From Vitrella brassicaformis CCMP3155 (Eukaryota; Protista; Chromerida), in NCBI GenBank assembly GCA_001179505.1, contig CDMY01000738.1, forward strand, positions 124,001 to 188,000: a stretch of 64,000 bases of DNA, written 5' to 3'. The position numbers were made by a program, and so were the translations under genes. A model generated the notes under the pieces. It was given only the letters and a program-made list of their open reading frames with translations, made no database searches and was not told where the DNA came from. Positions 10,857 through 21,400 of this stretch are shown in pieces; within the stretch, counting starts at the first letter, position 1, and every line of letters starts with the position of its first letter.

Positions 10857-13071
10857 TATGAGCTGATTGTTTCCGATGTGCGACGCGTCTTGATCATTCG
10901 AAACTCAGACAAAGAGATCCTCGTGGATGTACAGCGACAACAGTCGATCTGTCCTCACACGCAGACGCGTACACACACATCAGACTGCGAGACACACAAT
11001 CAGCCGAACGTGTGAGGGTCGCCTGCGCACACACCACAACACACACAGACACACACTCACGACACGCATGTCCATCGATCGATCGATCTGACTCGTCTGT
11101 CTACCTTTCCTGAGTTTTGTGTTGAGTTGGGGTTCTCTGTAGTCGATGGCCGTCCTCTCCCTCATTCGCCTCGGCCGTCGCTCCTCTCCCCCTGTCCGAC
11201 CCCGACCATCACAGCTCGCCCCCTGCTGGTGCTGGTGCTGGCGTTGGTGTGTTGGGGCGGAGGATGACGGCGGTCTGTGTCGCTTGACGAAGAAGGGATA
11301 GAAGTCGAGCGGGCCGTCTGCATTTGAGCGGCGGCGCAGCTTGGCGGTGAGTTTGAGGGATAGTGGGCAGTAGTTGACGCCTCGGCTGTGGTTGCGCAAG
11401 TGATAGCGACATCCATCCACACACTCGCTGACCTCACGCTCATCCTCACCAACATCGTCTCTGCACACACACAAACTCACACACCCATAAGCACACACAC
11501 ACAATGTCTCGGTGTCTCACTTTTGGCTGACCTGTGCTGCGGTGAGTCTGCATTGTCATTGTTGCCGTGTGGGTGTTGTGGTGGGTCGGTGCGATGGTGG
11601 TCGGGAGTGTCATTGATGTGCTGTGGCGGCGTGTGTGGGGCCGGCTGCTGCTGCTGCTGCTGCTGTTCGTCTTCATCATCATTGTCATCATGTTCCTGCA
11701 TTCGGTTGGATGGGATGGGCGAGAGGGCGGGGCGATACCGACGGTGGGGATTGTGATTGTTGTTGGCGGTGAGTCGCCCCACACGAACACCGCTAGCCGT
11801 CAGACTGCCGAGACGATGATGGTGGGCAACAGGCAAAGGGGATGCCACACGAACCTGACACATACAAGAGACACGCAGTGAGTGCGCATCGGTGTCTTCG
11901 TGTGTGGTTGGTTGACGTGTGATTGATTGTGTTGTCCCCTTCGCTGCCGCAGCACATGATTCTCGACCACCTCACTTTGGGTGAGTGAGTGTTTGTCTGT
12001 GTCACGAGTCTGTTGATGGCGCTCCTCTGCGCGTCGATGATCCGCCTGGAGTAATCGATGTGAACCACACAGACACAAAGATGAGCTGTCAGGTGTGTCG
12101 GCTCCCCTGATTCACTCACTCGTAGTATTGTGCGATGCTGTCAATGTCGCGCGGCACGCCCGCCCGCCGCCAGCGATACTGAACTGCACCAGACGGCGGC
12201 AATGGCGGCCTCACACACCACTCATCATCACGATCATGCCACTTCCGAGACACACAACCGCGAACGGTCACAAATACTAGTCACTCGTCCAACGACAGAG
12301 AGGAATTGATTGTCCAAACGATCGATCGGTGTACATGTATAGTCGGCAATGCAACGGTCATCAACAAATGGGCTCAGTCAATCACACAGCCGGCAACACA
12401 GATCGCTCTCGTGATTCATGTTTCGTCAGCTGCCGCCTGTCGCTGCTGACCTGGCCCTCCCTCTCCATCTCACCTCGTGGCCGCCTCGACCCATGGCACT
12501 TCTGAGCGGCGATCTGCCGCAAAATTGAAGGGCAACAATACAATACCAGCAGACAATGAATGCGGCTGACTGCATAGTATTGTCACCTCACCTTCCCTTG
12601 GAGCCTTCGACCGCAGCCTCCAGTCGCCGCCGCCTGGCCGCCTCCTGAACAACGCATGAAGGACCATACAGACATAAGTAGCACCACCACAAAGAGGCTG
12701 CAGCCGACTGACCTTCTTGTTGAGAGCGGCTTCTCGGCTGACGAGTGCATCGAACAGTCGTGTGAAGTCATCGTCATTGTCGATGGCACTGCGGAGAGCA
12801 TCCTCGAAGGCCGACCGGACGGCTGAGGGAAGGGCCGGCAGGAGAGGAAGGATGCCGGGCACGTGATCCAGGCTCTGGCGGATGACCCCGGCCGTCAGAC
12901 GGATGACTCGGCTCTGAGCTGCGATGGATGCGGGGGTTATGGTGGTGAGCCTGCCGTCGAAGAGCTGTTTGAGCATGTCGTTTGTGTCCCGCTTGTCCCC
13001 GAGGATGGCCTTGAGGGTTGTCGTCTGGGCCTGTCGGGCATGGAGCGGTGTTTGCTGCTCGGTGAGGAGGG
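10857..13071 (+). repeat. Segmental duplication block A (direct repeat of 61745-63992)
   Basis: Near-identical sequence from atga(g/a)ctgattg(t/c)ttccgatgtgcgacgcgtc... to ...gaggagggaa, including non-coding DNA, with scattered substitutions and small indels. Confidence 0.95.
10980..12200 (-). CDS. Hypothetical low-complexity (His/Gln/Asp-rich) multi-exon gene within block A
   Basis: Exon-like segments YRWRRAGVPRDIDSIAQYYE, DYSRRIIDAQRSAINRL, CRYHLRNHSRGVNYCPLSLKLTAKLRRRSNADGPLDFYPFFVKR are conserved in both copies. This copy lacks 23 bp near 11971 that carry an apparent acceptor in the other copy. Confidence 0.35.
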
Positions 13072-13198
13072 AAGGCAGGGCCTTGGTGCTGCTGATGGCG
13101 GTGCTCTGGTGCCACGGGGAAAACATAAGGCCTCGTTGTGTCGAGCCCAGGGCCGACAGCGTCAAGGAGAAGGTGAAGACAAGCCACACAAACATCAC
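12382..13198 (-). CDS. Protein homologous to the C-terminal helical domain of the adjacent BTB proteins (no BTB domain seen)
   Basis: VPGILPLLPALPSAVRSAFEDALRSAIDNDDDFTRLFDALV aligns with VAAVLPIIPGLPAPVQTAFEDALKGAVDAQDDECFHQLYDAFV; last exon GSRRPRGEME resembles GTKRPREEME. Start uncertain. Confidence 0.55.
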
Positions 13199-13247
13199 AG
13201 TATAACTTGCGGACTATTGTTTTCTACGGACGAAATAGCGCGGCGAT

Positions 13248-15652
13248 ATGAGTGGTCTTGTCGAGCCGTCCATCAGTGTTCGCTTCGCTGGCGATGGCGA
13301 GGCAGATGAGCCGGTGGTCGTCAAGGAGAGCGTGGCACATTCCTTCACGTACTTCCTCCAGGTGGGCAATTTTTTTATATTCAAGTCAGACACACAGCAC
13401 CAGACGCAGCAGATGAGAGATGCACATCGGCCCGCTTCGTCTGTGTGTTCGTCACACAACATAGGTTCTTGATGGCGGCTTTCAGGAGGGCCAGCAGCGT
13501 GAGGTGCGCATCGAGCGGATCAGTCGGGCCGTCGGTGTGGTGGTGCTGCAGCACGAGCTGGACATCATCAAGTCGCTGACCAAGGACAACCTGCTGGACG
13601 CGATGATTGCACTCGACTATCTGCAGTTCGACACCGACAAGGTCTTCACACCGGGCAGCAGCGCGAGTCTTCTCTGGCGCATCCATCGCAACGTGCGCTA
13701 TAGGACGGCAGACAGGCACGTGAGCTGCGAGTTGATGTGTCCTTGGTCTGTCTGTTACAGGTAGTGGTGGAGGGGTGGCTGCGTGATTCTCAGCTCGCCA
13801 CCACTCTGCTGGACAGCTTCAGTCACTACGCCTTCATCGCCCGCTTCATCCACCAGCACCCCGACATTCGCACGGCCCTGCTGCCGGCGCTGTGCAAGAA
13901 GCCCGACGTCATCAGTGCTCAGTGGCGTCGGTGTGAGAGAGGGGAGGACGAGACGAACGACTCCATCGAGGCGGCCATCAGCCTGGTGGACAGCCTGGTG
14001 GATGGGCTATCCCATGGTCGCATCGATATTGGCAACCAGGAGGTCGCCCAGTTCATCACAAAGGCGACTGGCTCCGAATCACTGGCTGCTGCATATGGTA
14101 CGAGGGGAGGCAGCGGGCTGCAATGCCTACTTGGATCATTGCCCTGCTGTGTTGTGTCTGGATGCAGCGGCTGCCTTCGAGGCTGACGTGTTCGCCGACC
14201 GCGCAGTGATGACCACACAGCCCTTCGCTAACAACCAGCAGGGATCCGTGACGTGCCTCGGGTTCTCGGTCACAGTCGCGGGCCTTCCCCATCCCTACAC
14301 CCCTCCCAATTCCGGTCCCACATCCAGCAGTGACCCGCCCCCCAACGCCATACGCGACGGCGATGCGAAGGTTGCTGATATCGGCGGCTGGCGCGTGGTT
14401 TTCGAGAGGGCTGATGATGGCACACCAGTGGAGTCGCCCCCAACGTGCTTCGCCTCTGACGCCTCCCTGGAGATTGCCAGTGGTGGTGACAGCGATGGCA
14501 CAGTCCGGCTGCACGGGGACCCCGAGATGATAGGGAGGATCCACATGGGGGACGACGGCCCGTCTGTGCGTCGCTTCGCTCTACAGATACTGAGAGGCGG
14601 GATTGGGACCTGCCTCAACCGACGCAACATCTCGGCTGAGTCGCTCGCCCAGCAAGGGGCGGGAGAGGCGCGGCTCAAGGACGTCAAGATGACCATGACG
14701 GTGCGACATTTCCCGATGCGTGCTCTCGCCCTTCACTACCTCCGGCTGTGTGTCAAGGAGGGGCGATGGGATGACGTCAAACACATGGCCAGGTGAACAA
14801 CGAGGGAGCACAAACGCATTAATGCACAGACACATTGGTGGTGCATTGCTCGATTGTTTGTCTGCCTGTGCAGGTCGATTCGTCGTGAGGTCGCTCTTTA
14901 CATGCTGACGTGCCTGGCTCAAGTGCGCCACCATCGCCTCCGACTCATGCTGTGCTGGGCGGCAGCGGTCGGCGATCTGCCTGAGAAGCACAGCGAACGC
15001 ATCGTATCGAAGCTGACGACCGATCTCATTGAGGAAAATCCTGCTGATGTGGCCGCCGTCCTTCCCATCATACCCGGCCTCCCAGCACCAGTGCAGACGG
15101 CCTTCGAGGATGCTCTCAAGGGAGCTGTTGACGCACAAGATGACGAATGTTTCCACCAGCTGTACGATGCTTTTGTCGAGGTCAGCCGATGCCATTCAGT
15201 TGTCTGGCTGTCCCTCTGTGTCCTCTCACCCACTATTGCTCTGTGTGCTTGGATGTGTATCTGGCACACAGGAGGCGGCCGAGCGGCAGCGTTTCGAGGT
15301 CGAGAAGGAACAGCTGCGTCAGGAGAGAGATCAGGTGCGTCAAGTACCAGCCACACCTGTTCCTTTCTCTGCGCCACGGTCTGTTTGTGTGTACTTGTTT
15401 TGGCTATGCAGGAGAAGGCCGCTCGGCAGCGTTTGGAGGCCGAGGTCGAGCGCCTGCGGCAGGAGAATGATCAGGTACCCCCACAAAAGCCGATTGCTTG
15501 CCCGAGTGAAGCAACACAGTGGCTTCTTTTGTATCACTCAGCTACGTCGCGGAACGAAGCGGCCACGAGAGGAAATGGAGGGCCACCACCACCAGCACCA
15601 GAGGCAGCAGCAGCAGCAAGAGGGCGAGGCTGACCACGAGATGAAGTCGTGA
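13248..15652 (+). CDS. BTB/POZ-domain protein, lineage-expanded family, copy 1 (about 7 exons)
   Basis: HSFTYFLQ/VLDGGFQEGQQREVRIERISRAVGVVVLQH...LLDAMIALDYLQF fits the BTB signature (S.yF...l.g.f.E....v.i); followed by helical region, beta-rich middle region, coiled-coil and polyQ/H tail. Confidence 0.8.
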
Positions 15653-16536
15653 TGGGTGGGTGACATGCAGCCGGTGACCCAGTGGCGGCGGTGGCTGTGC
15701 TGCATATAGACATACTTATGAATGAGAGCCTCATGTGTGTGGTCCGTGCCGTGATGGATTCGATTTCGTCTTGTGTGCTCTATTGACTTGGGTGCTGCAT
15801 TATCACGGTCACCGGGAGGAGGGGCATTGATGGCAACACTGCTGCTGCTGTTCCTTCCTTGCCTACCTTACCTGCCTGCTGCCAGTGAGTGCTCGTCTGA
15901 CTGTCTCCCTGTCTGGCTGACTGTCTGCCTGCCTGCCTGGCGCCCAGCATTGAGTAGCTAGCTACCGGCACCACACTCTCATGTCAGTGCGCTTGTCGCA
16001 AGCACGAGTTTGAGTTGTTGACTGACATGAGTGCCTTCGTATTTGTGTCTGTCTTATCTGTCTGCCTGTCTGTATGGCTGCACAAATGTGTGAGCTCCTT
16101 TTTCCATTCATCCGATCCATCCGCCGTCGTGCTGCTGTGAGTGAGTGCGGTGGTGCCCGTACGTACGTGGGGCCGACAGACAGCTCTGTGACATTCGTTT
16201 GCTGTCGATTGATAAGTGAATCAAATCAATGAGGGTCATCAACGTCATCCATCCATCCAACACACACACAGACAGACAGAGCGTCCACACACACACGAAT
16301 GCCCCTCAAGCATCACAGCAATGGGCCGTCCACATCGTGATCCAGCCCCAATCGACGTGTGTGGACGGACACGCAAAGAAAAATCTCGTCGATCGTCCGT
16401 CGCATTCATCAAATGTCCGCAGGGTAATCGGACAGTCGACCGATCGACCACGTGCACTAGCCCACCTCATCAGCCCAAGCCGCACGAAAACCCAGCCAAG
16501 ACACCGACGGCCTCTCCAGAGAAATAAATGAGTCAG

Positions 16537-18069
16537 TCACGAAGAGGGGCCAAGCGTCGCATCTTCGAGACCATACCGCCTCAGCAGCTGCCGCACGGCC
16601 GGCGTGGTGATGGGGAACCGCTCGTCGAAACCCCACCCATCCACCGCCTCCACCTCGGTCGTCTTTACCGCAACGCGCCCGCCATCGCTGCCGTCGCCAT
16701 CGAGGTGTACAAAGGCCACCACAGACCCACCCCCCAGCATTAAGACCACCATGCGGCCCCCCCTCGAACATTCCTGTTGCCAATCGATGACGATGCAGGC
16801 TGCTTGAAGTTCGTCTGATTCAGTGGCCAAGGAGGACTCCTGCAGCAGAGACAGATACCCGGCATGGTACGAACCCACATCGGCAGAGATCACCGTCCTC
16901 AGGCCGGTGGCTTCCACTTGCAACAAGGTGGCGATTGCAAATGAGCTGAAAGAGGGATAGACATTATTACCACCGATGCGCCGGCCGCAGATGACGGGCG
17001 GATCGCCCTCATGATACATGTGGCTCCCAAACCACTCGTCCCTTTCGCCAATGCGGAACCGCTTACTGCCCCCGATGCGGAACCATCGCACCCGCCTCAA
17101 CCTTACAAGCGGCACGTGCGATACGACACAACCGAACACAAACGCGAAAACAGAGGCCGCCATGATGAAGCCGCCGTCCAGAATGAAACTGATAACGATG
17201 AAGCAATACCAATGCTCAACCACATCTACAAGATCGTCATAGCTCGGAGGCGGAGCAGTGGCATCCCACCAAAAGAGCAGGATTCGCACGGCCATCCACC
17301 CGCAGGCCACCACATAGACGGCGGAAACGGCTAAGGTCAGGAGAAAACTCAGGAGAAAATTCAGCGGCCAGGACGGCGCGACAATCATAAAAGTCCACCC
17401 CTTCTTGCCCTCCGTCAGCTGGAGGCCCTCATCCGAGCTGCCCGGGTGGGAGTCGTCACTGTGGAGCTGACCCCCGAGCGTCTTGTAGACGGCCATGGCA
17501 GCCGGCAGCCGCTGGAAGCTGGCCTTGTCGGGCACATGAGCCGCCACACTCTCAGCCGATAGCACCAGGGGCAGCTCGCCAGCAAAACCGCAGACACGCG
17601 CCAGCTTGATAAATGTGACCATCGTGGGCCACTGAGCCGCCTGCTCGATGACGTAGGCGCAGCGAGCGAGATACCCAAGCCGCGAGAGGGATGGCGGCAG
17701 TGGAGGGGCCGAGGGGTCGATGCCGCGGTTCCTCTCGACGTCGATGAGGCCGGTGAGCTGCTGCTGGGCGAGGGAGCTGTCGATGCGCCATAGGAAGGCC
17801 TCGTCAATCAGCTGAGAGCTGTATGCCTTGCCGACCGCCCGGGCCCTCACAGTCTCGTCCACAGGCAGCAAAGAGGCGAACACACGGCCCAGGACATCCG
17901 GCAGAAGGTCTTGACCGTCGCCAGCCCCATCAGCGATGACGATCTCGAGGTGCTGCTGAGTGTCGGAATCGCTGACGTCACCATCAGCAGTGGCTCCTGA
18001 TAGCAGCGGCCAACTGTCGGCGACTCTCCGATAATCAGCGGAGCGGCGTGTCCACGGCAGCCAGGCCAT
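16537..18069 (-). CDS. Intronless F-box-like protein with internal two-helix transmembrane hairpin, copy 1
   Basis: Single ORF of about 510 aa from MAWLPWTRR; F-box-like LLPDVLGRVFASLLPVDETVRARAVGKAY; hydrophobic LNFLLSFLLTLAVSAVYVVACGWMAVRILLFWW and WYCFIVISFILDGGFIMAASVFAFVFGCVV. Confidence 0.75.
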   Translation of the reverse strand: MAWLPWTRRSADYRRVADSWPLLSGATADGDVSDSDTQQHLEIVIADGAGDGQDLLPDVLGRVFASLLPVDETVRARAVGKAYSSQLIDEAFLWRIDSSLAQQQLTGLIDVERNRGIDPSAPPLPPSLSRLGYLARCAYVIEQAAQWPTMVTFIKLARVCGFAGELPLVLSAESVAAHVPDKASFQRLPAAMAVYKTLGGQLHSDDSHPGSSDEGLQLTEGKKGWTFMIVAPSWPLNFLLSFLLTLAVSAVYVVACGWMAVRILLFWWDATAPPPSYDDLVDVVEHWYCFIVISFILDGGFIMAASVFAFVFGCVVSHVPLVRLRRVRWFRIGGSKRFRIGERDEWFGSHMYHEGDPPVICGRRIGGNNVYPSFSSFAIATLLQVEATGLRTVISADVGSYHAGYLSLLQESSLATESDELQAACIVIDWQQECSRGGRMVVLMLGGGSVVAFVHLDGDGSDGGRVAVKTTEVEAVDGWGFDERFPITTPAVRQLLRRYGLEDATLGPSS

Positions 18070-18400
18070 CCACCAGCCACCACTGCAGCCACCACTGCAG
18101 CCACACAGATGCCACACAGATCAGCGTGGGGTCATGAGTGTTTTAAGTCGGTGTGTCTGGAAGTACTTGAGAGCTCGATGGTCAGCGGACAGCGGCTCCA
18201 GATCTAGGCAGATTTGCCAAGCTCGCAGTGTTCTGTCGAGTCAAGCAGGGTCTGTCGAGTCATCCCTTCTCTCTCCCCTTCCCTCTCCCAGGTGCGCGTG
18301 GATGTGCGAGGGAGAAACGTTTTGGAAAGCACGTTTGCTTACGTACTTCGTTTCGCTTCGGTTTCCTCTTCTCCCGCGTCAGATCTGGCGGCCGAGCTGC

Positions 18401-21400
18401 ATGAAGACAGTCATGAGTACTGCCCCGCCTCCATACGCTCCCGAGTGGTCTGCTGATGACGCCAAGCAAGTGAACGTGACGGTGCAGCCGGTGTCCAACC
18501 CTCACGTCTACGGACAGCCGCTCACAATGGATCCGGGCACTGCCCCGCCTCCATACGCTCCCGAGTGGTCTGCTGATGACGCCAAGCAAGTGAACGTGAC
18601 GGTGCAGCCGGTGTCCAACCCTCACGTCTACGGACAGCCGCTCACAATGGATCCGGGCAAGGACACAGCGGCCCTCGGGAAACCTGCCGCAACATCCTCG
18701 TCGGGGTGCTGGCGCTGCATCTTGGATGAGCATGGCAAGATCAGGCTGTGGGCGTGCTGCCTCATAGGCCTTCTGGTCATCTTGGTGATCGGTGGCATCG
18801 TCGGGGTCATCCTCGCGAAGACACTCGGGGGTGACGCGTTCGGCGGCGACACGGTCGACCTGGTCATACAGAGTGCCAACACCAAGGAGCTTTGGCTGCA
18901 GCGAATGGTATGCATGTCGTATGGACGAATGCAGCGGACGAGGCGATTTGTGAGGTCGTTTGCATCTGTATGTGTTATGGCTATGGCTGGCAGGTCGAGG
19001 ACTTCAACCGTGAGCAGGAAAAGCAGCACCGCCGCAGACGCCTCCAATCGGCCCCCGACAACGGGACCAACGACACCAAACGGATTGTGGCCAAGGTCAG
19101 TGGATGAGCGACTGACGCCGTGACCTTCCACACCTCCCGCTCTCCTCTCTGCGCATCGTTGCATCCGTCGATTGCATGAGCAGGTGCATCACACGGGCAG
19201 CACGTACGACGAGAGCCTCAAGCCCAACATCTGGTCGCCAGCCAACCGCCTGTGGGTGCGCCTCAAGAACGAGGAGACGGGGGCGGTGGCCATCGTGTCC
19301 GACATCGACAACCTGTGCTTCTCCACCACAACCATCCCGCTGGGCCTCGCCATCTGGAGGAAGCTCGCGACGGCACTCGGATGGCCTGATGCTGACATTG
19401 GCTGGAAAGACATCGCGGATTTGGCCAAGGTGGGGGAGAATATCGATCGGCGTGTAGGTATCTGCTCTTTGTTGTATTCGTCCATAGAATGAAAGCGGCT
19501 GGGGTGCGGTGGATCCATCCCTGGCGGTCCGCGGTCGGTTCTCGTACGGCCATGGGCATCCCGAGTCGTCCAACAGCGGCCGCCTTAGCTTCCTCGCATC
19601 CATATACGCATACCGAGGGGGGGAGGACCCGCTGCAAGCCGACGATCTGAAAGGTGTGTCGACTGGCCATACGAGCAGGGGTGTCTTTGGTTCGTGTGTC
19701 ATCTGCTTTGTGCTGGGACGGCAGATGCGGAGATTGTGGCGTCTATCCGGTCGCTGGCCAGATCGGTGACACACATGGGACATGTAAGTGAGAGCAGCGC
19801 ACCAGCGGTGGATCGATGGTGTGGATTTGTGTGTGTGTGTGTGTCGTGTCAGATTGACACCGACATCTTGGCAAGGTGGGTAGTTCATCGATCGATGTGC
19901 TCTGGTTGTTCGTCCATGTGTGTGTCGCTGCTCGAGTGTGCAGGATGGTCGAGCGAGGCCCCGGCTACCTCAACGCCGTCGTAAGCCGACATGCAGGACA
20001 GCACGATGCGCGCACGGCTGCGTATTCCTGCACAACCTGCAGGCCAACTATGAGTCCAACGTCATCAGCTGGAACAAAGACAAGGCCGCCGAACTGAGTG
20101 AGTGGGGCTGTAAAGGTCATCTACAGCACCGTCGGCTGTTTATGGATCCATCTTTTTCTGCTGCTGTCTGTTTTTCATTGTGCAGGTGCATGGGATGACG
20201 GTACACACACACATGGATGATGGAAAACGAACGCATCGATCGATATGTCAGAACCGGCGGCCGTTCTCTGTCTGTCGCACATGTCTGTCTGCAGACTTCG
20301 TCTTCATCTACCCATCGGACGGCACGTAAGCAGACAGAAATGACCACTGATTATGTGTTTCGTTCCCTGAAAGGACGTCACACGACGTCACACGACAGGT
20401 ACTGGATGGACCACCCGTTCTGTGTGGTCGACGGCGTTGAATGGACCACCGATGAACAGGTCCGCCCCTCAATCCATACTCACGGCGTGCCCGTGTCCTT
20501 CCCCATGGATCTGTGGCTGCGTCCTTCCCCGCTCGTTTAGGCTGAGGCTGCTCTGACGTTCATCCGCTATGTCACTGACAAGGACAGAAACGACATGCTG
20601 CTGGACTACGGCATCAGACCCTTCAGCGGGCGAAGGGAGGTCTCATCGGAAGGTAAGGTAACTCAGTGGCGTGCAGAGAGAGAGCACTGAACTGATGCTA
20701 GCTAGCATCACATCTCCCTCTCTCTCGTGTCTCCGTCTGCTTGGATAGGGTTTCCTCCGTTTACGCGAGAGAATGGCGTGATCCCGACCAAGAACCCCAC
20801 GAACGTGCCGCAGCTGCCCTTCCCCGACACCTCCGTCATCAGAGCCGTCATTGACACGTGGAAGGCCAACAAGAAGCCGGCCGTGGTCAGTGAGTGAGTC
20901 TGTCAGGCACCGCACCCATCCCACGATGATGATGATGATGGCCATCCTTGTCTTGTCTGCCTGCATACACACGCGTGTGTTGTGTTGTGTTGTGTTGTGT
21001 TGTGCAGGTGGTCCTGACTGTCGACACGTCTGGGTCGATGAGAGGCGGCAAACTGCAGGAAATGAAAGCAGGTACACTAGCTGCCATGGTGTGGTGGGCG
21101 AAAGCGCAGGAGCGACATGACGCCTGATGGTTGTTTCTGTGGTCGGTTCTGTCAGCTGTTGGCGAGTTCCTGAATGCCATGCAGCCGCATGACGAGGTGC
21201 GCACCCTCGGACGGCCGGATCGATCATCCCAACCATGTCTTTGTTTCTTTAATGTGTGTCTGTTGGCTGCTCGGTGTGCAGCTGTATCTGATCCGCTTCT
21301 CGGAGGATGTGCAGTTGCTCGAGCAGCAGTCTGGTGAGTGGTGGGTGGGTCAGCCACACGGACGAACGGCCAACACATTCGTATAGACAGTTGTTGCTGT

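Larger units (their letters stand above)
13248..18204 (+). repeat. Segmental duplication block B (inverted repeat of 44571-49588): BTB + TM-F-box cassette
   Basis: Both genes, their introns and the intergenic spacer are co-linear in reverse complement; homology ends at ...cagcggctccagatc. Confidence 0.95.

Noticed and set aside
18170-18210. Helitron 3' end (CTAG at 18204-18207) at the cassette boundary
   Set aside because: No convincing subterminal hairpin, the second copy reads CCAG, and the next base is not T.
18419-18659. CRISPR-like or mobile repeat
   Set aside because: Two adjacent 120-bp units without spacers, in frame inside an exon; eukaryotic context, no cas genes.
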